Positions 56,399 through 64,000 of a stretch of DNA of 64,000 nucleotides are shown one piece after another. Each line of letters opens with the position of its first letter. The first letter of the stretch is position 1. Under the pieces are notes generated by a model. It was given only the letters and a program-made list of their open reading frames with translations. It searched no databases and was not told the origin of the DNA. The stretch lies in assembly GCA_963827685.1 (NCBI GenBank), contig CAWHBU010000002.1, forward strand, positions 960,001-1,024,000. Direction: 5' to 3'. The DNA is from an uncultured delta proteobacterium. Its GTDB lineage: Bacteria > Desulfobacterota > BSN033 > UBA1163. The position numbers and the translations under genes were made by a program.

Positions 56399-58285
56399 TC
56401 ACGGCCATATCTTCCAGGCATTGCTGTCGGGTGTACCGCGTTTTGCAATAATGACACCTCCGCACAATGGAGAGTCCTGGAAGGGTATATTTCCGATAGT
56501 GTAAATGGGGACATAGTTTTTTGTCACCCATCCCGATATTTTTGTTCCTGTATCAACCCCAAATTTTTTAAAACCCCACTCACCGACACCTCTATCCATA
56601 AGGATCACATAATCGGGCAATCGTCTGCTCAGTCTTTCCACCATTTTTTCTTCATGATGCATGACCAGGTCTCCCAGCAAAAAAGAAGTATATGGCGATG
56701 GGTTTTCCCGTCCTGTCAGGTAATTCAATAGTATGCCTTCAGGTATAACGAGGAAGTTTTCATTCGGCTTGATCGTTTCATTGATCTTTTTAAGCGTTGC
56801 GTCAATGACAGGGCCTTCGATGTTCAGCACAGCATCAAATGTAATGATTCTTTCTTTGCCGGTATCTATCGGGTAGTTTCTGATCAAATAAGTATCGCTT
56901 ACCGCACCTATTTCCATCACCAGGAACATTGCAACCAAGATAATGCTTAAAGCTCTGATAAACGTGGTACTCTGAGCGTTTTTCGCTACAAGCCTTGGAA
57001 CATGGTATACAAGCCCTGCAACCACAACTAAGGTCGCCGGCATGGTGAGGGCAAAACCATAGACATTGATTGTCACACGGAGTATCATCTTCAATACCAT
57101 GACAAAGGCAAATATTATGAATACGAGCATGGGGAGAGCAGATAATGCCTTTCCTTTATCTTTTCTCGATTTCCAAATCGTTATGCCATAGAAGATTCCC
57201 ATGACAGCTACGACAACCTGAAAAGCGAAAGGTATTCTAAGGTCGAGCCAATTCCATGGCACACCGTTCATAAAATATAACAAGAAAAGGGCAGATGCTG
57301 CCACGATCATGATGATCATTCTGTAGTACGTGCTGCTTATTCTCTCGACCAGACGAGCAACAGACCATACCAGGCAGAGCAATAACACATACCAGCCCGT
57401 GACGAGTAATATCTTCCCTAAATAGAACAAAGAGGCATCTCTCCCAGTCGCTCTAAGATAGAAAACATTGGAAGTCACCGCTGTCTCAAATAACTGCCTA
57501 TATTGCGTGAGAATTGAGAGAAGGGCCTCCTGAAAGGGCATAAAAAAAGAAAAATATACAGTAAAAACAGCGGTAGGAAGCAGGAGCGAAAAGAACAGTA
57601 TGGCAGACACTCTTATGATTTTTCGTAAGGAAAATTGCTCAACATGCCATAGAACAATAAAGCCCGTTCCGATTGCAGCAATACTTGCAAAAAAAACCTC
57701 CAGTTTTGTAAGGAAAATCGTTCCTATTAATAAACCGATGATAACCACCCAGAAGGTGTTTTGTTTCTTTATGTATCGATAAAAGGCGAGTATTGAAAAG
57801 AATGATAATGCAATCCCATGCGTCAATGCATGGGCATAAGGGGTTATATAGTTGTAGTTTGGAAACTTGAATGCAAAGATGGAGAGAAATGTTGCTGCCG
57901 TCATCAGTGCCGTAACGGAATTCGCGGTATGGCGAAAAAGACGATAGATGCAATAGGTGATGATGATCACGACACCCATATTAAAAAATGCAAGCGTCAT
58001 GATGTTTACGCCGAACATCTTAAAAAGGAATGCATTCAGATAAGGAGAGAATGGCCCATAATGATCAACATAGATATCCCTATACAGGACGCCTCCCATG
58101 CTTAATCTCCATGGGATATAGAGCTCTCTTCCAAAGTCGAGAATAATTAACGACCATCTCCTCCAGCTTACAAAGAGCATGAAAAATCCTATTGCCGATA
58201 ATATGCACAAACTTGAGACATTCATAATAATCTGACGGAAACCCTTATTTATAGCAGCCTCTTTCTCCATACCTTCTCCATACAC
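56399..58285 (-). CDS. GT-C-like multi-pass membrane protein (putative glycosyltransferase)
   Basis: DFGRELY, GGVLYRD..YGP, LTKLE; more than 10 TM helices and a soluble C-terminal domain (PDYVI). Confidence 0.72.
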   Translation of the reverse strand: MYGEGMEKEAAINKGFRQIIMNVSSLCILSAIGFFMLFVSWRRWSLIILDFGRELYIPWRLSMGGVLYRDIYVDHYGPFSPYLNAFLFKMFGVNIMTLAFFNMGVVIIITYCIYRLFRHTANSVTALMTAATFLSIFAFKFPNYNYITPYAHALTHGIALSFFSILAFYRYIKKQNTFWVVIIGLLIGTIFLTKLEVFFASIAAIGTGFIVLWHVEQFSLRKIIRVSAILFFSLLLPTAVFTVYFSFFMPFQEALLSILTQYRQLFETAVTSNVFYLRATGRDASLFYLGKILLVTGWYVLLLCLVWSVARLVERISSTYYRMIIMIVAASALFLLYFMNGVPWNWLDLRIPFAFQVVVAVMGIFYGITIWKSRKDKGKALSALPMLVFIIFAFVMVLKMILRVTINVYGFALTMPATLVVVAGLVYHVPRLVAKNAQSTTFIRALSIILVAMFLVMEIGAVSDTYLIRNYPIDTGKERIITFDAVLNIEGPVIDATLKKINETIKPNENFLVIPEGILLNYLTGRENPSPYTSFLLGDLVMHHEEKMVERLSRRLPDYVILMDRGVGEWGFKKFGVDTGTKISGWVTKNYVPIYTIGNIPFQDSPLCGGVIIAKRGTPDSNAWKIWP

Positions 58286-58401
58286 TTAACTTCATTAACC
58301 TCACAAAAATATTTACCTGATGGCTTCAAGGGAAAATTTTTCAAAAGGAAGATAAGTAAATGGTTGGCAAACCCATTACTAATAATCCGAACCGGGATAG
58401 G

Positions 58402-58980
58402 CTATGGTTTCTTCCCTTTTGAGATTGGTTTTTGCTCCTTCTGTAGAGGCACCTTTTCCACGTCCTTTAAACGAGCAAGGGGCAATAGATAAAGTTTATA
58501 AAAGATCGGATCAGCCCATAATTCCATTTCAGGTGCCAAATCCCCTACTAAAGCGGAGAAGGAAGGCAAATTGTTATAGGCATTAAAATTCTCCGAGAGG
58601 TCTTTCAAAGATTTATAAAGTTTGATCGAGGCGACGAGATGGGTTGGTTTCTCCTTCAATAATTTAATTTGTTGAATCCCCGTTTCGATCAATCCCTGGT
58701 CCTCCTCCAATTTGGACATCCAAAATTTCCCTTCCTGATATCGGACATCTGTCTCCCCTGTTTGAATGGCCTGTATTAATTCCGTGCGAATTCTTTGAGC
58801 CTTTTTCATTATTCCATCCAATTGATTGAACAATTCAATTTTTTCCTTCTTGGAAAGTTCTATGGTCTTGGATGAAGACTTAGATAAAAAATATTGCAGA
58901 TTGTAATCCTCGGCGAAACTAAGAGAAGTCAAACCGAAACAAAAAACCATTCCTGCTAAAAAAAACCTTCGATATCCCAT
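58402..58980 (-). CDS. Exported hypothetical helical protein
   Basis: Signal peptide ending SFA|ED; GGAGG RBS; no recognised motif. Confidence 0.7.
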   Translation of the reverse strand: MGYRRFFLAGMVFCFGLTSLSFAEDYNLQYFLSKSSSKTIELSKKEKIELFNQLDGIMKKAQRIRTELIQAIQTGETDVRYQEGKFWMSKLEEDQGLIETGIQQIKLLKEKPTHLVASIKLYKSLKDLSENFNAYNNLPSFSALVGDLAPEMELWADPIFYKLYLLPLARLKDVEKVPLQKEQKPISKGKKP

Positions 58981-59183
58981 TCCATGCCTCCCGCATCCCT
59001 CAAAATCTCCCCTCCCCGAGCGGGAGGGGATAAAGGAGAGGGGGACCCTAATCTTAACACCCCCACCCCGGCCCTCCCCCCTGCCTTCGCCGAAGCGGCT
59101 TCGCGCAGGCAGGCATTAAGAGGGAGGGGGCTATTGTTATGACTTCCATTGTAATATGACGCAGTCTCTTTCATGACAAATTC

Positions 59184-60035
59184 CTATGGAAACATCACCT
59201 CTATTACAGGTGGCTCTTTCTTTAGTTGTCCCAAAACGATCCTTTCGATCTGGCGGTGTTTTTTGTCAAGGATTTTTTGGGCAATACTCTTTGCCTTGGC
59301 TACTCCATTCGGAATATCCACCTTATTAAGAAAGGCAACGACTCTCGACGAAGATGGGATTCCTTTGAAGATGCCTTCGGGATGGGTCATCAAGAGTGCC
59401 ATCGCCTCATCCGTCAGCCTTTCTCCAACAGGAATTCCTGTTATTTTTGAAACCCTTTCTGGCTGAAAAACATTTTCCTCGCTTAACCCCATCTCCATTC
59501 CGTCTACCCCCAACATGGCCACGACTAAAGTCGTGCTCGCTGGGATGACAGGTTCATTCTCTCTCGGTGCTTTAACGGGTCGGCCTGCTGCACCATCCGC
59601 TTCTATAATGATCGTGTCAATTCCGTGTGAATGCCAAAGTCCATCGACCAGATTGGGAGAAATTCCTTTCAATTTTCCTGATTCAAGTCTCTCCCGAGCA
59701 ACGGTGATATGATGGTATTGATCGAGATGGTGCCTCACAAAATCCTTAATTTTCTCCTCATCTGGATCAACAAAAAGAGAACTCGTTTTCCCTGGAGTGG
59801 GCGTTAGTATCTTTGTCGTCGAAGTCGTCACCACTTTCTTCCCACTGACAAACAACTCTTGCGCAAGGCGAAACATCAATGTGGTCTTTCCCCCTGCCCC
59901 GACCAAACTGATCACTTCCTTTGCCTTGATGCCCAAAGCTCCGGTCAGAAAACCAATCAGCCCTTCCTCTTTTTGTATTTTCTTCACAAACCTCTCGATG
60001 ATGGGACAAATGATCTCTTGATTTGGATCGATCAT
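59184..60035 (-). CDS. yqeC: Selenium cofactor biosynthesis protein YqeC
   Basis: SLVGAGGKTTLM, TTSTTKI, IEADGA..RPVKAP..EPVIP, FLNKVD; start uncertain. Confidence 0.88.
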   Translation of the reverse strand: MIDPNQEIICPIIERFVKKIQKEEGLIGFLTGALGIKAKEVISLVGAGGKTTLMFRLAQELFVSGKKVVTTSTTKILTPTPGKTSSLFVDPDEEKIKDFVRHHLDQYHHITVARERLESGKLKGISPNLVDGLWHSHGIDTIIIEADGAAGRPVKAPRENEPVIPASTTLVVAMLGVDGMEMGLSEENVFQPERVSKITGIPVGERLTDEAMALLMTHPEGIFKGIPSSSRVVAFLNKVDIPNGVAKAKSIAQKILDKKHRQIERIVLGQLKKEPPVIEVMFP

Positions 60036-60266
60036 GACGCATCTTAATACGAAATGAGTTGATTTTTCAATAAAAGAGATTTGGATATTCTGGAGTAACA
60101 CCAAATGACAAGTCCTGTATTCAGCATGGTGCAGCACAAGTACCCAACAATAAACCCCAACCTCCAAAATTCTAAATTTCGAATAGAATCGTTTTTGTCA
60201 TTGTAATTTGGGATTTGTTTGGGATTTGGGATTTGTAATTTGGAATTTGCTATTTGAAATTGAAGA

Positions 60267-61082
60267 TTATTTATTAAACTGGTAAAGGATGGCTTCCAGC
60301 ACTCCGCCTCCAATGGCCCTCGCCTTATCTGAAATGGTAAAGCATATTTCCTTTTTACCCCTCGGATCGATATCGCCTACCTTCATCCCTTTCCTTACTT
60401 CTACCCCTTCTCGGAGAAGTCCCCTCACAACGCCGCTGATTTTGGCGATGACCGGAAAATCGTCTACCACAGCCACCACTGCCCCTTTGTTCACTCTATC
60501 TCCAATTGATTTTTGTGGATGGAAGATTCCCTTCTTCATTGTCCGAAGAAGCCTCTCCATCGTATACCCACCGATCTCACCGGGAATACTTGTGTCAGGT
60601 TCTGCTGTACTGTTCAGAATCACCTTGCCCAGATGATGTCCTCGATTCGTTTCGATCACGATATGGACATCTTTCCCTGCCGTAAAGCCTGGACCAAGAC
60701 CGATCACCAAAGGGGCATCGTGAACCTGGGTTCCCAAATTCTGTTTCGCCATAATGGCATCCAACAGGACATCAGGTTTTAAAAAATGTCTCATCTTCTT
60801 CCCATCGGTATCCACAAGAATTGGGATATCCCCTTTCTTCCATACGGATTCAATTTCCTCCGGCTTGGAAATGAATTTCGCCCGAATTCCCTCCACTTCT
60901 TTCTCGCCTTCATAGATCGCTTCGCTGAAGGCCACGCCTCTTCTCACGGCAAGGGGATGGGCAATCTCCGTCATACAGATCTTAAAATGGGACTGGTGGA
61001 GTCGGTGAGCAACCCCGCTGGCTACATCGCCGGCCCCCCGGATTAAAACGACTAACTCATCCATATTTATTTTCGATGTCAT
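60267..61082 (-). CDS. yqeB: Selenium-dependent molybdenum cofactor biosynthesis protein YqeB
   Basis: IRGAGDVASGVA, AVRR.VAF, DAIMAK.NLGT, GLGPGF, ETNRGH.LG, KVGDIDPR, SDKARAIGGGVLEA. Confidence 0.92.
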   Translation of the reverse strand: MTSKINMDELVVLIRGAGDVASGVAHRLHQSHFKICMTEIAHPLAVRRGVAFSEAIYEGEKEVEGIRAKFISKPEEIESVWKKGDIPILVDTDGKKMRHFLKPDVLLDAIMAKQNLGTQVHDAPLVIGLGPGFTAGKDVHIVIETNRGHHLGKVILNSTAEPDTSIPGEIGGYTMERLLRTMKKGIFHPQKSIGDRVNKGAVVAVVDDFPVIAKISGVVRGLLREGVEVRKGMKVGDIDPRGKKEICFTISDKARAIGGGVLEAILYQFNK

Positions 61083-61151
61083 CGGAGTCCTCTATTGCCT
61101 TTCTCCCCCCATCCCATTCTCCCTATCTCTTCTCATTCTTGACTCTTTATT

Positions 61152-61733
61152 CTAAGCTCTTGACTGGTTTTTATAATCTTGCCATGTATCGACATCCTTT
61201 ACAACTCCTATTGACTTTACAGGAACCACTCGTACATCTTCAGGATACCTCTCAATAATGGATCGTCCCCCCACATCGCCCCTTAAATCTAACAGCTCCT
61301 TTTTGTATCTTCTATGGAAAATAACGGGGTGCCCTCTCCTGCCCTGAAAAGAAGGAACGATGATTCCAGCTTTTTCCTTTTCAAATGCATGGATCAAAAC
61401 ATTGATAGTTCTTGTTTTGAGAAGAGGCTGATCCCCCAGAGCGATGAGAATCCCATGACAACTGGGACGAATAATCTGAAGGCCTCTTCGGATAGAAGTG
61501 CTCATGCCCCTATTAGAATAGGGGTTTACGACAACTTTTATTTTTCGTCCCTGAAATAGATTTTTTATCCTCTCATTCCGAATGCCAAGGACAACGACTA
61601 ACTCCTGCACTTCAGATCGCAAAAGAGTTTCAAAACAACGGTCTAAAACAGTCTTTCTTCCCCAAGGGAGCGATAATTTGTCAACCCTCATGCGTCTTGA
61701 TTCACCCGCTCCAAGGAGAATGGCAGAAATCAT
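61152..61733 (-). CDS. mocA: Molybdenum cofactor cytidylyltransferase (MocA/YgfJ-like)
   Basis: ILLGAGESRRM..KL, GMSTSI, LGDQP, RGHPVIF, GDVGGR, DVDT..DY. Confidence 0.85.
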   Translation of the reverse strand: MISAILLGAGESRRMRVDKLSLPWGRKTVLDRCFETLLRSEVQELVVVLGIRNERIKNLFQGRKIKVVVNPYSNRGMSTSIRRGLQIIRPSCHGILIALGDQPLLKTRTINVLIHAFEKEKAGIIVPSFQGRRGHPVIFHRRYKKELLDLRGDVGGRSIIERYPEDVRVVPVKSIGVVKDVDTWQDYKNQSRA

Positions 61734-61957
61734 TATCTTCCTCTATTTTTTGGAACTCTTACAAATTTAATCTGCATTCTCAATTTCTGTCAAGGTTTCG
61801 CGGTGGAATTCGCGGTGGAATATCGGCTTTTAACTCAGGTGGATACTTGCAAGAATAAATAATCCCCCGTAGTCCCCCTTTAGCAAAGGGGAATTCAGGG
61901 GGATTTATTGGGAAAGGGGACTATTGGATTCAACATCCATCAGGATAATAGGCCTTC

Positions 61958-62416
61958 TCAGCCTACAAGAGTGGCCAGGTAAGAAGCGCCGAGCTTATCA
62001 AGATGGTCTTTCACATTTTCAAAATAGTTGAAATGGTCTTCTTCGTCTTTGAGGAGGTCTTCAAACAGTTCTTTTGAAATCTGGTCCTTTTCAGCAGCAC
62101 AAACCATGGCTGCTTCGTTATACATTTTCATGGCTGCTGACTCAAGAGCCATATTCGTGGTTAACATCTCAGCGATTTTCTGCCCCTTTTTGGCTACCCC
62201 ATCCGGTTTTGAAGTGGGCTCTCCCTTCAAAAATAAGATCCTCTCTGCTAATTTTTCAGCATGTTTCATTTCAGCAATAGCAATTTCCTTAAACTTGGAA
62301 GCTAACTTGCTGAAATCGCTGTCCTCCAGTTCATAATGTTGGGCCATATACTGAGAAATGGCTGTCAATTCTCTGGATCGGGCCTTGTTTAATAGATCGA
62401 TGACCTTCTGACTCAT
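61958..62416 (-). CDS. bfr: Bacterioferritin
   Basis: ELTAISQY, EMKHAE.LAERILFL.G.P, LE, DEEDH ferroxidase ligands; heme Met retained. Confidence 0.88.
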   Translation of the reverse strand: MSQKVIDLLNKARSRELTAISQYMAQHYELEDSDFSKLASKFKEIAIAEMKHAEKLAERILFLKGEPTSKPDGVAKKGQKIAEMLTTNMALESAAMKMYNEAAMVCAAEKDQISKELFEDLLKDEEDHFNYFENVKDHLDKLGASYLATLVG

Positions 62417-62672
62417 AATTTCTCCTTTCTATAGGTTTTCTAAAATCATATATACAAAAGACCCAATAGTCAAGAACAAAGAAAATGTGATAAGACTGAG
62501 TCCGCCCTCAATAAATGAGGGCGCTACGACTATTATAAGAATCTTTCCCATAAGGAATTACTTTGATAACTTGTCAAAAAACCACTGAAATGTTAGAAAA
62601 AATGATTAAAGAAGAACGGAAAGACCTCGAATTTCCAGCGCTTTGTTTGGCGTTTGACAGATTCGGTTCGAT

Positions 62673-63845
62673 ATGGTATCGATACTTCAAAAGATGGGAA
62701 CTGCGTTTCGAAAAACTTTTCTTATATTCCTCATCGGATTTTTAATAATCTTTTTTCAATCCATCACTGTTCTGGCTGCAATGATTACGGATGTCAGGGT
62801 CTGGTCTGCTCCGGATCACACCCGAATCGTCCTCGACCTCACCGAACCGATTCAGTATGAAAGTTCCTCACAAGAAAATCCTCCCGAATTTTATGTGGAG
62901 TTGAAGGGAATTTCCTTTCCTCGACTTAAGAGAATGATGGAGGTCAAAGACCCATTTCTCACCAAAATTAGTCTGACCGAACTGGGGGAGGGTAAAGTCA
63001 AATTGACCCTCTATCAGAAAAAGCCTTTAAGTGCCAATGTCTTCCTTTTAAAGCCTTACCAAGATAAACCCCATCGCCTTGTCGTTGACCTGATTGACGT
63101 ATCGCTGGAGAAAAAGGAAATAGAAGAAAGGCAGAAGCAAAAAGAGATCAGACCGAAGGGAACCAAGATCGTCGTCGTTGATCCTGGTCACGGTGGGGAA
63201 GATCCAGGCGCCATTGGTCCGAAAAAGACGATGGAAAAGGATATTGTATTAAAGGTAGGAGAGAAATTGGTTCGTCTCCTCAATCAGAACAGGGAGATTC
63301 AGGCTTTTCTCACCAGAAGGGGAGACTATTTTGTTCGCCTGCAAGACAGACCGAAGATAGCGAAGGATTACGGTGCAGATCTCTTTGTCAGCCTTCACAT
63401 GGATGGGAGTTTCAATCCTCAGGCCAGGGGTTCTTCTGTCTATTGCCTCTCCCTCTCCGGAGCGACGGATGAAGCAGCCAAGATCTTGGCTGACAAAGAA
63501 AATTTGTCAGACGTTTTGGGTGGTGTGATTTCAAAGCCTATTACCAACAGAAAAGATGAATTGGAGCCAATTTTATTAGACCTCACGCAGAACAATACGA
63601 TGAGGGAGAGCTTTCAATTTGCCGAAACCCTTCTCAAAGATATCAAAGCTGTCAATCCATTAAAATACTCTTCCTATCGGCAGGCTAATTTCATTGTATT
63701 AAAAGCCCCGACCATCCCCTCTGTGCTGGTGGAGATGGCTTATATCACCAATAAGGAAGATGAACGCTTGCTCAATCGTAACGAATTTCAAGAAAAAATA
63801 GCCAAAACCCTTAACACCTCCATTAAAAAATATTTCAGACCCTAA
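62673..63845 (+). CDS. N-acetylmuramoyl-L-alanine amidase (AMIN + Amidase_3)
   Basis: VRVWSAPDHTRIVLDL, DPGHGGEDPGA, EKDIVL, SLH, F.VLKAP.IPSVLVE. Confidence 0.92.
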   Translation: MVSILQKMGTAFRKTFLIFLIGFLIIFFQSITVLAAMITDVRVWSAPDHTRIVLDLTEPIQYESSSQENPPEFYVELKGISFPRLKRMMEVKDPFLTKISLTELGEGKVKLTLYQKKPLSANVFLLKPYQDKPHRLVVDLIDVSLEKKEIEERQKQKEIRPKGTKIVVVDPGHGGEDPGAIGPKKTMEKDIVLKVGEKLVRLLNQNREIQAFLTRRGDYFVRLQDRPKIAKDYGADLFVSLHMDGSFNPQARGSSVYCLSLSGATDEAAKILADKENLSDVLGGVISKPITNRKDELEPILLDLTQNNTMRESFQFAETLLKDIKAVNPLKYSSYRQANFIVLKAPTIPSVLVEMAYITNKEDERLLNRNEFQEKIAKTLNTSIKKYFRP

Positions 63846-63860
63846 TGGGTTAAATAACTG

Positions 63861-63889
63861 TTGACAAATTAGTCCATTGCTGTTTAAAT
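63861..63889 (+). promoter_or_regulatory. Sigma70-type promoter
   Basis: TTGACA-N17-TTAAAT with TG at the extended -10 position. Confidence 0.55.
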
Positions 63890-63961
63890 AGTATTAGCCA
63901 CGAAGGTGAAGCTCCGACGAAAGGTGCGGCCAGAAGTGGCTTTTTTATTGATGGAATAAGG

Positions 63962-64000
63962 ATGGAAAAGAGAAAAAAGTCTATCGCAGTGATCGATGGT
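63962..64000 (+). CDS. Start of a CDS running off the window
   Basis: ATG after GGA-rich RBS, MEKRKKSIAVIDG; too short to identify. Confidence 0.4.
   Translation, partial: MEKRKKSIAVIDG

Overview
This window looks like chromosome from an anaerobic deltaproteobacterium (Desulfobacterota/Syntrophia-like; taxonomy inferred from gene content only). All family calls come from motifs read by eye, with no database searches. 0-20 kb is a mosaic accessory region: two divergent PilZ genes, an intact IS1202-type IS with a 16-bp target duplication, a GC-rich B12-radical-SAM gene between diverged direct repeats, ArnT-like and uppP genes, cobO with an in-frame amber codon, a secreted Cys-rich HExxH protein with an in-frame UGA plus a SECIS-like hairpin, a frameshifted acetolactate synthase, and an unusual 3.16-kb TG...CA element with two different DDE transposases and two HTH ORFs inserted into a PIN toxin. 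20-32 kb holds uvrA, a UPYC seleno-glutaredoxin behind a VapBC pair, DUF434, an MFS transporter and a 7-PAS hybrid kinase. 32-54 kb is a complete, re-ordered MSHA-like type IV pilus locus headed by a kinase with a degenerate GGDEF (I-site kept). It faces a sigma54-type operon of three major pilins (two show gene conversion of the variable domain) plus GT-C, methyltransferase and GT2 genes, a candidate pilin glycosylation system. 54-64 kb holds xdhC/yqeC/yqeB/mocA (selenium-dependent Mo-hydroxylase maturation) interrupted by a second GT2/GT-C cassette, then bacterioferritin and an amidase. REP-like palindromes and short tandem repeats are abundant, and several are translated in frame inside proteins and prepilin leaders. 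I saw no rRNA, tRNA or CRISPR array.
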